A stretch of DNA of 64,000 nucleotides, from assembly GCA_963708045.1 (NCBI GenBank), contig OY970181.1, positions 579,740-643,739 of the forward strand, given 5' to 3'. The translations under genes were made by a program, and so were the position numbers. Of the stretch, positions 1 through 7,553 are shown one piece after another (the first letter of the stretch is position 1; the number at the start of each line of letters is the position of its first letter). The notes under the pieces are model-generated. The model did not search any database and was not told the DNA's origin. It worked only from the letters and a program-made list of their open reading frames with translations. Origin of the DNA: an uncultured bacterium. Its GTDB lineage: Bacteria; Patescibacteriota; Patescibacteriia; CAIQCM01.

Positions 1-475
1 TGCAATAACGCTTGAGCGATTCGGAAACCGTGATCGTTCGGTCGGCATTACCACAGGCCGACCATTCGCCAAGGCGAAGCATTATGCGCGCAAAGTTTCC
101 CCATTTGTCGTGGGTGCGGTCAATGCAATGGAAAGTCACGACCACGCGCGTCTTAGGCGAAAGCAAACGCGGCAGCCACGCGAGAAGCGCCGGCCCAACG
201 CCGTGATAGTGGATAATGTCCGGTTTTAAAATAAAGATGGCGTGTAATGTGGAAGTGAAAGTGTGAATAATCGCGTCCAGATTTTTGGTATGCAAAGTCG
301 GCGTGAAAATTTGTTTCACCTTGGTGTTTTCGTTTTCGGGCGCATACCAGCGGCGGCAATAAACCGAAACATCCGTGCCGTTTTGGGCAAGGCGATCGGA
401 AAGCTCAGCGACGTGACGTTCAACGCCACCAAACTTAGCCGGAATCCCTTTTTGTCCGATCATTGCGACTTTCAT
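1..475 (-). CDS. Glycosyltransferase family 4 (GT-B), N-terminal part; runs off the window edge
   Basis: Not in the ORF track. Manual translation from ATG at 475 gives MKVAMIGQKGIPAKFGGVERHVAELSDRL...HYHGVGPALLAWLPR...VVTFHCID...ADRTITVS, a typical GT4 N-terminus. Confidence 0.88.
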   Translation of the reverse strand, partial: MKVAMIGQKGIPAKFGGVERHVAELSDRLAQNGTDVSVYCRRWYAPENENTKVKQIFTPTLHTKNLDAIIHTFTSTLHAIFILKPDIIHYHGVGPALLAWLPRLLSPKTRVVVTFHCIDRTHDKWGNFARIMLRLGEWSACGNADRTITVSESLKRYC

Positions 476-486
476 AGTAACGAAGC

Positions 487-515
487 ACCTTAGCAAAAAA
501 CGTACTTTTTGTCAA
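487..515 (-). promoter_or_regulatory. Sigma70-type promoter of the GT4 gene (TTGACA-N17-TAAGGT, extended TGn)
   Basis: Minus strand: TTGACA at 515-510, TAAGGT at 492-487 preceded by TGc; ATG 12 nt further. The same arrangement occurs at 5180-5152. Confidence 0.55.
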
Positions 516-542
516 TGTCATAATTAGCGAAAAAATACATCT

Positions 543-570
543 AAAAAACGGCCTTATTAGGCCGTTTTTT
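543..570 (-). terminator. Intrinsic terminator (symmetric) after the 595..2436 gene
   Basis: aaaaaacggcc-ttatta-ggccgtttttt. Confidence 0.75.
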
Positions 571-594
571 ATCGTTTGTTAACTAAAGAATAAT

Positions 595-2436
595 TTATCG
601 CACCGGACCCGTTGCGGCGGCTTTGGTGTCGTCTATGAGTTTAGTGTTGAGGTCGGCGGCGTTGGCGTTTAGTTCAAGAGCGGTAAAAGAATCGCTGCCG
701 TTAATTTTTATGTTTGAAAGCAGGGCCGGGTAAGTGCCTGTTTGGTTAGCGGTCGGTGTTAACGCGACTTCAAAACCCGCACCAACAGCGTCCGTTGCCG
801 AGCCGGGGAAGGGCGCGACGGAGCCGGCGTTCCAAGTTACGGTTCTTGTTCCTGGGTCAAAGATAATTGGGTCGCCCGCGGAAACCGTCGCTTTGCCGGT
901 ATAACTAATATTTGCGGGGAGCGTTCCAGTAACACTGACGTTATCAACATTATTGGTGGTGTTTGTCACGTTAAAAAATACCCAGTATTTGGTTGTTTTG
1001 CCAACCAAAGGCGGCAGTGGTCCGCGGCCAAGTTGGTCGCCTTCGGCCGAATAGTAACGCGCAGTGGCACTGATCCCGAGCGTGGAAGCAATCTTGACGC
1101 TCCATTTTGGCGAAGAAATTGTTACATTGTCCGTACCAAGTTTTCCTTTGATAACGAAACCAAAGCCGAGTGCTGGGTTATTTTTTGTCGCAAGCGCGCC
1201 TGGCAAAGTTTGCGGCAAGCGAACATTGGCCGTGCTGGTAAATTTATCGCCGGGCGCGAGGGTTGTTTCTGAAAGATTTATTTTTTCGGCGACAATTCCA
1301 TCTTCGGAAATAAGGGCAAACGAAACGTTTGTGAGCGTTAAGTCGCCGTCGTTTTTATATTCAAGCGAATAGGGGATAAGTTCGCCGGGCCGACCGACGT
1401 TTTTACCAGAAACAGACAAGGTTATTTTTGGATCAAGAACATTAGTTCCGCCGCTCGTTGTGGCTTGCTCCACGTATTCGCCGCCCGACTTAGCGTCAAG
1501 TTCGGCTGAAAAATTTGTCCCGGAAACTGTGTTCGTAAGCGTTCCGTTCCAACCAAAAGTTCCCTCGGAATTGGCTTTAATCGTGCCGAGCGCTAAGCGT
1601 CCGTCTTTTGTGGCTATGTCCGCAGAATTTAGGATAAAGCCATCTGGCCAGTTAACGGTGAGATAAAGATTTTCCGCGTCCTTGTTTCCTTTGTTGGTAT
1701 AGCGAATTTTTCCCGAAAAATTTTGGCCGACAATCATTTGGCTGGGGAGTTCAAAGGCGATCGTGAGGAGCGAACGGGAAATGTTAAAATTTCCCGAAGC
1801 TGAGGTTTTTCCTTTGTCGTTTGTTGCGGTGTTTGTGTAACTTAAAACACCGGAAATTTTTTGTTTTTGTCCGACGGCGCCAGAAAGGTCGGCGTGGAGG
1901 AGAGCAAGCGCAGCGCCGCCCGGGTCAATGGAATCAAAATGAAGAATGTTTGTTTGGTGGTCAAATGGAACACTGGAACTTTTTATGGAAATTGATTTTG
2001 GTAAATGCAACGAGAGATCGGCCGAAATCATGTCCGCAAGATTATTTTGTACGCTCGCTTTAATGATTATTTCGCCACCGGAAACCGGTTCGTTTGGAAG
2101 GATCGTAAACGTAAGTTTAGTCGGCTCAAAAGTTTTATAGAAAAAAACAAAATAAATCGCCGCGGTTGCCGCAAGCGCGCCAAGCAGAACCAGTCCGGCG
2201 TCAATTAAAAAGATGGTGAGAGGCTTTTTAAATTTTTTTTCGTAGCGGGTTTTGTAGACGTTCGTAATCGGTTCGGTAAGAAAGGTTTTTGCCGGTTCGG
2301 CCATAATATTGAGCGTGCCGATAAAAACACCGCCGCGGCGCGCCGCTTCGGCAATCGGGCTTTTGTTTTCTTCAATCACTTCGCCCTCTATTGGTTTTGT
2401 TTCATTGTCAGGCATATTTTTTGTGTCATAGACCAT
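595..2436 (-). CDS. Single-TM membrane-anchored protein with Ig-like/DUF11-type domains
   Basis: 613-aa ORF with one TM near aa 75-100, beta-rich repeats (YSLEYKNDGDLTLTNV, VTNTTNNVDNVSVTGTLP...VTWNAGSV) and a GPLPPLVGKTTKYWV motif typical of a CPR family. The true start may be 2415. Confidence 0.65.
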   Translation of the reverse strand: MVYDTKNMPDNETKPIEGEVIEENKSPIAEAARRGGVFIGTLNIMAEPAKTFLTEPITNVYKTRYEKKFKKPLTIFLIDAGLVLLGALAATAAIYFVFFYKTFEPTKLTFTILPNEPVSGGEIIIKASVQNNLADMISADLSLHLPKSISIKSSSVPFDHQTNILHFDSIDPGGAALALLHADLSGAVGQKQKISGVLSYTNTATNDKGKTSASGNFNISRSLLTIAFELPSQMIVGQNFSGKIRYTNKGNKDAENLYLTVNWPDGFILNSADIATKDGRLALGTIKANSEGTFGWNGTLTNTVSGTNFSAELDAKSGGEYVEQATTSGGTNVLDPKITLSVSGKNVGRPGELIPYSLEYKNDGDLTLTNVSFALISEDGIVAEKINLSETTLAPGDKFTSTANVRLPQTLPGALATKNNPALGFGFVIKGKLGTDNVTISSPKWSVKIASTLGISATARYYSAEGDQLGRGPLPPLVGKTTKYWVFFNVTNTTNNVDNVSVTGTLPANISYTGKATVSAGDPIIFDPGTRTVTWNAGSVAPFPGSATDAVGAGFEVALTPTANQTGTYPALLSNIKINGSDSFTALELNANAADLNTKLIDDTKAAATGPVR

Positions 2437-2483
2437 GTACCATCAAATATGGTGGTTCATGGTTCATGGTTTATGGTTTATGG
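2427..2483. repeat. Heptamer tandem tracts in inverted arrangement (CATGTAC / TGGTTCA family)
   Basis: catagac catgtac cat ... tggttca tggttca tggttta tggttta tgg; contains the stop codon of the 2478..4664 gene. Confidence 0.8.
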
Positions 2484-4664
2484 AATCATACCCAAGAATA
2501 ATGGTCGCTCGGGAGTTTGGAGTAGTTCCGGTAAAACCTCGGCTGGAACACGAGGTAAGACCTCGGAGATCTGAGGACTCGCCTCAGGAATAGGAAGGGG
2601 CGGCGCGCCGAGCGTGGCGGCGGCAAAAACGTCACTGCTTTGAGTAATAATTTCTATTTTTCCGTCGCCTTGAACATCGCCTGCGGAAACCTTAACGCCC
2701 TTTTTTGAACTTTGCGCAAAGGCGAAAAATTGAACAACTACTTTGTTTTTATTTGTCGGGTCAAAAACGCGCACGTGCGGCCCGCCACCCGCGCCGGCGC
2801 CGGTAATAATCTGTCCGTGTTTAAGGCCGATAATGTCGCCAACGGCCACATAAACGCCGCCTTTAAAGGTTTGTGCGTAAGCGAAGAACTGATATTTAAT
2901 AATACCGCTTCCGCTCCAAGCACGCACGTGCGGCCCGCCACCCGCGCCGGCGCCAGTCACAATTTCAGCGGCCGAATCATTGTCAACATTGCCGACGGCC
3001 AAATGCACGCCGCCTTTAAAATTTTTCGCGTAAGCTAGGAACGATTTAATTTCGTGTCCAGACACATCAAAGATTTTAACTTCTGGTGTTCCACCCGCGC
3101 CAGCGCCTAAAATGATCTCGTTTTTGCCGTCGTTATTCACGTCGCCCACGCCAAATTCCATTCCGTTTTTCCATTTCACGCCAAAAGGTTGCCACGAAGC
3201 AATAGCATTTTTTGCGGAATTATAAATCGTGACGCTGGTTTTGTCGGCGGAAATCGTTTCAATATTTCCATCGGCGTTGATGTCGGTTTCTAAAATTTGG
3301 ACGCCGCCTTTAAAACGATCGTCATAGGCAAAAAAACCGTCGCGTGTTTGTATGGCATTGCTTCCCCAAATACGGACAAATGATCCGTTAAAATAGGCGG
3401 CGCTCGCGATTTTGGCGAGCGGCCGAAGCATAATAAGTCCATCACGCGCCGGAATCGTTACGCTTGAAATAATGGATCCATCGTTGGTTATGCTGTCTTC
3501 GGTGCCGCGGATTTTTTCAAATTCAGAATCAAAAGTAATTGTTTGCGCTTGGTTAGTTGGGTTTACCAAAGCAATGCCTTTTTCAAAATTTCGTTGCCAA
3601 ACGCCGGAAGTAAATTTAATGGCTGTTCCTGTGCCGACGCTCGCGCCGGTAATGGCGTTTTTGGCGAGACCAGTTGGTTTGCCTAAATAAACTTCATATT
3701 CGTCATAGCGCCAGGTTTGTCCGTGATCTTGGTCGCCAAAGTCAAAGCTAAAATAGCCGTCGCCCATAAGCGCGCTTGCAAGCGCGAAGCGCATTTTTTG
3801 ATAATCCTCGCGATTGCCGGTGTTGGCCGTGTTGGCGTTTATAATAAACGCTTCGGGCGCGGCGACGACGGTTAGGTTGGCAACATAGCGGCGCATTATT
3901 TCGTACCAATCACCGTTCGCTTCCCAAGTTGCGGGAAACGATTCAAACATTCGGCCGTTCGTGAGTGGCTGAAACTCGGGCGTTGAAGTTCCGTTGATGA
4001 CGAAAATTTTTTGCGGGTCTAGGCTGCGCGCCGTCTTTAACATTGTAATCATTCCATTTTTCCAAGCCGCATCGGCTGTCTGCGCACCATCATTAATTCC
4101 GTCGCGGTTCAAGTCAACATTGCTGTTATTTACCCAAGAGATGCTATCCGACACCTCGTCGTAAAAAATTCCATCCCATTTTCCGGTGTTTAAAATATTG
4201 TCGTGAACGTAATTGGGCAGGTAAGTATTCCAGCTTGAAGTTGCCGAAAGTGCTTGTGTGCCCGGCCAAACGGAAATTGCGCCGCCGTATGAATCGCGAA
4301 GCCACATTTCGTCGCTAATGCCGCTTTTAAGATTAACGTGCAATGAATCGCCCCAGCCAGTAATGTAACTTTTGGTCGGGACGTAAGCAATTATAATGAT
4401 GTTTGGATTACGGCTTCTTAGTTCGCCAAAAACTTCGGGTTGTGATTCCTGAAGTTCGGCTGGTAAAATTATTAAATCAAACTTAGCGAGCGCCTCGTAG
4501 TCTTCTTGGTACACCAGTTTCATATATGGCACCGCCGTGCGCACAAATTTATCCGTCGGCGTGGCGGCTGATATTTTGGTGATTGGAAATAAATTTAAAA
4601 CAAAAATTATCGCGATAACGCTTTTAAATATTTTAAGGAAATTTTTTATGGGCAGGTTTTTCAT
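2478..4664 (-). CDS. Secreted putative glycoside hydrolase (GHL15-like TIM barrel) with C-terminal FG-GAP repeats
   Basis: Signal peptide; WDGIFYDE, NGRMFESF and GDGYFSFD motifs; repeated GDV..D...EIVTGAGAGGGPHVRVF units. Confidence 0.75.
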   Translation of the reverse strand: MKNLPIKNFLKIFKSVIAIIFVLNLFPITKISAATPTDKFVRTAVPYMKLVYQEDYEALAKFDLIILPAELQESQPEVFGELRSRNPNIIIIAYVPTKSYITGWGDSLHVNLKSGISDEMWLRDSYGGAISVWPGTQALSATSSWNTYLPNYVHDNILNTGKWDGIFYDEVSDSISWVNNSNVDLNRDGINDGAQTADAAWKNGMITMLKTARSLDPQKIFVINGTSTPEFQPLTNGRMFESFPATWEANGDWYEIMRRYVANLTVVAAPEAFIINANTANTGNREDYQKMRFALASALMGDGYFSFDFGDQDHGQTWRYDEYEVYLGKPTGLAKNAITGASVGTGTAIKFTSGVWQRNFEKGIALVNPTNQAQTITFDSEFEKIRGTEDSITNDGSIISSVTIPARDGLIMLRPLAKIASAAYFNGSFVRIWGSNAIQTRDGFFAYDDRFKGGVQILETDINADGNIETISADKTSVTIYNSAKNAIASWQPFGVKWKNGMEFGVGDVNNDGKNEIILGAGAGGTPEVKIFDVSGHEIKSFLAYAKNFKGGVHLAVGNVDNDSAAEIVTGAGAGGGPHVRAWSGSGIIKYQFFAYAQTFKGGVYVAVGDIIGLKHGQIITGAGAGGGPHVRVFDPTNKNKVVVQFFAFAQSSKKGVKVSAGDVQGDGKIEIITQSSDVFAAATLGAPPLPIPEASPQISEVLPRVPAEVLPELLQTPERPLFLGMIP

Positions 4665-4732
4665 ACGTCCAATGTCTAGTGCCTAACAAAGCGGTGTGCC
4701 GCGAAGCGGCGATTCGGATTAGATATTAGAAA

Positions 4733-5038
4733 TTAGATATTAGGTATTTTTTCCTTACTCTCTTCCTTCTTCAACACCGCCGGATTTGGCGAGAATTTTT
4801 TGTTGCTAATCTTCCAACTGCCGACAAATTGGCCAATCCCTTTTGCTTCGGATTTGTTTCTAACGTGCGCCGAAGCCTGCGACCATTTTACGAGCGACTC
4901 AAAAGAGATCTTATACCTATTTTGGACAACAACATAATTAAGCAGACCACTTGAAATAGCCCTACGGACGGTGAGGGCGCTAACGCCAAATAGTTTGGCG
5001 GCTTCGGATACGGATAGTCTAATGATGTTGTCGGACAT
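4733..5038 (-). CDS. Excisionase/BldC-like helix-turn-helix protein (HTH_17)
   Basis: MSDNIIRLSVSEAAKLFGVSALTVRRAISSGLL...YKI. Start moved to 5038 because the ORF-track extension is translated heptamer repeat. Confidence 0.8.
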   Translation of the reverse strand: MSDNIIRLSVSEAAKLFGVSALTVRRAISSGLLNYVVVQNRYKISFESLVKWSQASAHVRNKSEAKGIGQFVGSWKISNKKFSPNPAVLKKEESKEKIPNI

Positions 5039-5102
5039 TGTCGTTAGGGGATAGGGGCTAGATATGAACCATGAACCATCCATATACGCTCCGCGCTAGA
5101 TG

Positions 5103-5132
5103 CTATTTGTGTACGCTAGCGTACACAAATAG
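5103..5132. repeat. Perfect 30-bp palindrome
   Basis: ctatttgtgtacgct|agcgtacacaaatag. Confidence 0.9.
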
Positions 5133-5151
5133 GCGGTTTTTGACTGCCTTG

Positions 5152-5180
5152 ACCTTATCAGTTTTTGACCTAAATGTCAA
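5152..5180 (-). promoter_or_regulatory. Sigma70-type promoter of the HTH gene, overlapped by TTGAC/GTCAA repeats
   Basis: TTGACA (5180-5175)-N17-TAAGGT (5157-5152) with TGn. Confidence 0.5.
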
Positions 5181-5183
5181 CCG

Positions 5184-5265
5184 TCAAGGGTCAAGGGTAT
5201 AGGGGATAGGGTTTAGTATCTTTCTGCAAACTCTATACACTAAACTATACCCTAACCCCTAAACC
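5184..5265. repeat. Inverted heptamer arrays (TATAGGG / CCCTATA family)
   Basis: tcaaggg tcaaggg tataggg gataggg tttag ... ctctatac actaaac tatac cctaacc cctaaac. Confidence 0.8.
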
Positions 5266-5406
5266 ACGCGCTTGCCCAAAAACCCTATTTGTTGTACTTT
5301 AGAACCACTTCGTTGGAGTCGAAGTCAGCAGAATGTTTGATGTTAGTTGGCAAAATACAATTTTAAAGCTAAATAAAGCGAGAAAAAATCGCTTAATTTA
5401 GTTATT

Positions 5407-5493
5407 TAGAGATAGAGATTAGATGTTAGATATTAGACGTTATGAAGACGAATAACAAACTTCTACATTCCAATCTCTAATCTCCAATCTCTA
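5407..5493. repeat. Heptamer-armed element, copy 1 (TAGAGAT arms, core gaagacgaataacaaacttcta)
   Basis: Left TAGA(G/T)(A/G)T units, right ATCTCTA/ATCTCCA units; core shared with 6072-6154 and 7232-7304. Confidence 0.85.
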
Positions 5494-5501
5494 TAGAAAG
5501 G

Positions 5502-5530
5502 TGTAACATTATCCTCCAGTAAACGATTAA
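5502..5530 (+). promoter_or_regulatory. Putative autoregulatory ECF promoter TGTAAC-N16-CGATTAA
   Basis: TGTAAC at 5502-5507, 16-nt spacer, CGAT at 5524; ATG of the ECF gene at 5535 with no SD. Confidence 0.6.
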
Positions 5531-5534
5531 CTAT

Positions 5535-6062
5535 ATGAGCAACCCGCTCACTGAGCGGCTTTGGGTGTATAGAATCAAAATGGGTCGGGACCAGAAATCA
5601 TTTGCCGCCATTTATGATCGTTATCTTACCCAAATCTACCGCTTCGTGTTCTTCAAAGTAGGATCAGAAGAAGATGCCAAGGAAATATCCACGGATGTTT
5701 TTATGCGCGCTTGGGAGCATATTTCTTCTGGCAAAGAAGTGACTCATTTAACGGGTCTCCTATATATGATTGCGCGCAGCGCGGTTGTGGATCACTTGCG
5801 CAAAAAAAAGTTTGAATTGGTTTCAATAGAAGACGCGCCAGAGACCGTTGATCAAAGAATGAATTCGGCGATGTCGTCCGAGCTTGGCGACACGCTCGCG
5901 GCGATCAAACTTTTGAAAGAAGAATATCGCGAAGCGCTCCTAATGCGGCACGTTGATGGACTTGGGGTGGGGGAGATTGCGAGCGCACTTGGAAAGACAA
6001 ATGGCAACACGCGCGTTCTTCTACACCGCGCCACGGAAGCGTTAAAAGAAATAATGAAATAG
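5535..6062 (+). CDS. RNA polymerase sigma factor, ECF (sigma-24) family
   Basis: 175 aa; region 2 (IYRFVFFKV...DAKEISTDVFMRAW...LYMIARSAVVDHLRK) and region 4 (YREALLMRHVDGLGVGEIASALGKT...RVLLHRA). Confidence 0.95.
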   Translation: MSNPLTERLWVYRIKMGRDQKSFAAIYDRYLTQIYRFVFFKVGSEEDAKEISTDVFMRAWEHISSGKEVTHLTGLLYMIARSAVVDHLRKKKFELVSIEDAPETVDQRMNSAMSSELGDTLAAIKLLKEEYREALLMRHVDGLGVGEIASALGKTNGNTRVLLHRATEALKEIMK

Positions 6063-6071
6063 AATTAGTAA

Positions 6072-6154
6072 TAGAGATTAGAGATTGGAAATTAGATTTT
6101 GGAAGACGGATAACAAACTTCTAACATCCAATTTCTAATCTCAAATCTCTAATC
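6072..6154. repeat. Heptamer-armed element, copy 2
   Basis: tagagat tagagat tggaaat tagattt tg-gaagacggataacaaacttc-taacatc caatttc taatctc aaatctc taatc. Confidence 0.85.
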
Positions 6155-6162
6155 AAGTAAAA

Positions 6163-7221
6163 ATGACCAACAAGGAAATAAAAAATAAACTCTCCGCTCT
6201 TGCCGCCCTAAAGGCGACAGGGGAGCCGAACGCGCTCTGGGTAACCGAGACGCGCGCTTTGCTTATGGAAAAAATTTCCTCGTCCAAGGCGGCTCCAGTA
6301 ACGGCGGCACAAGAAATCATCAAACTGCCGCGCGTTGGATTTTTTCCAAAACTAATGTTTGCAATGCGTCCGCTTATGGTTGTTGTTTTGGTTTTTGGTT
6401 TTGGTGCTTTTGGATATTTTGGAAGCATTGGCGCGATCGCTTCGTCGCTTCCAGGAAACAAGCTTTATGGATTTAAAACAATGGCCGAACGTGCTGAGCT
6501 GACTTTCGCGGCGTCCGATGATGCGCGCGCACTTTTGCATGCCGACTTTGCCTCACGCCGCGCTTCCGAAGTAGCGGCTTTGGCCGAAGCCGGTTCTGGT
6601 GCATCAGAAAAAAATGTTGCTGCGGCAATGGCCAATCTTACTCATGAAATGAAAAATGTAAGTGAAACAATGAAGGCGGTTACAACGGATTACGGCGCTG
6701 GTGCGGTCGCAATTGCTAAGGCTGTTGATCGTAAGGCCGCCGAAGTACGGACGATTATTGGCAAGACAAAGTCAATGCTTTCTTTGGCTTCAAAAGATCA
6801 GGTTCAGTCGGTGGAAGATATGGCTGACGATCTTTCGCTTCAAGCCGTGGCCGTGCTTGCCGCCGCACCTGCTGACAAAAATGACGACGTTAAAAATCGC
6901 GTTCAGGAAAATATAAACAGCGTTCAGAAAAAATTAGAAATCGCGACGCCAGAAGGTGCCGAAGAACTTAAGGATGCCAAGGCGGCCAAAGCCGCGCTTA
7001 CCGCGGCGCAAAAAGCCGCTGATAGCGCGGACTATATTGGTGCAGTAACCAAGGTTCAGGAAGCGGTTTTGCTAGCGACGCCCGACAAGGCGACAGTGGT
7101 TGACACAACAACCGTAAACGTAAATGCCAACACGCCAAAAGTTGAAACGAATGTTAATGCAAACACCAACACCAACACAAATACTAATCAGCCTGCCAAA
7201 ATTAAAGCCATTGATTTGTAA
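6163..7221 (+). CDS. Putative anti-sigma factor, single TM plus DUF5667-like helical domain
   Basis: Directly follows the ECF gene; short cytoplasmic N-terminus, TM, ASSLPGNKLYGFKTMAERAEL motif, C-terminal NTNT low complexity. Confidence 0.75.
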   Translation: MTNKEIKNKLSALAALKATGEPNALWVTETRALLMEKISSSKAAPVTAAQEIIKLPRVGFFPKLMFAMRPLMVVVLVFGFGAFGYFGSIGAIASSLPGNKLYGFKTMAERAELTFAASDDARALLHADFASRRASEVAALAEAGSGASEKNVAAAMANLTHEMKNVSETMKAVTTDYGAGAVAIAKAVDRKAAEVRTIIGKTKSMLSLASKDQVQSVEDMADDLSLQAVAVLAAAPADKNDDVKNRVQENINSVQKKLEIATPEGAEELKDAKAAKAALTAAQKAADSADYIGAVTKVQEAVLLATPDKATVVDTTTVNVNANTPKVETNVNANTNTNTNTNQPAKIKAIDL

Positions 7222-7231
7222 ATTTAAAAAA

Positions 7232-7304
7232 AGAGATTAGACCTTAGAGATTAGATGTTAGAAGATTGTGTCCGTCTTCTAAAATCTAATTTCCAATCTC
7301 TAAG
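7232..7304. repeat. Heptamer-armed element, copy 3 (inverted relative to copies 1 and 2)
   Basis: Reverse complement reads ttagagattggaaattagattttagaagacggacacaatcttctaacatctaatctcta, close to copy 2. Confidence 0.85.
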
Positions 7305-7309
7305 ATCAT

Positions 7310-7553
7310 TCCTGATTCCGTCTTTCATTTTGTTTTTAAAACAAAATGAAAGACGGAATCGGGATAAATCCCGTTTTCTTTAAAAAATAATTCCGCCGTT
7401 CTGGCGCAGGACTCTTTACACGAAATTTTTGCGTAAAGAGTCCTGCGCACTAAAGAGCGGCGGGCTTGATTCGTCAAAGGTTGAATCCCGCTCGCCGGGA
7501 AGTCACTCAAGTAACTTAACTATTCTTAAATAAAAAGAAAAAATTTCATCAAT
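7310..7553 (+). promoter_or_regulatory. Highly structured region upstream of the S-layer-like gene
   Basis: Palindrome with 23-bp arms at 7314-7360; cgggataaatcccg 7360-7373; gcgcaggactctttac...gtaaagagtcctgcgc 7404-7448; a further GC hairpin at ~7455-7497. Confidence 0.6.

Noticed and set aside
4733-5038. Prophage or ICE excisionase
   Set aside because: No integrase, att-like repeats or phage genes nearby.
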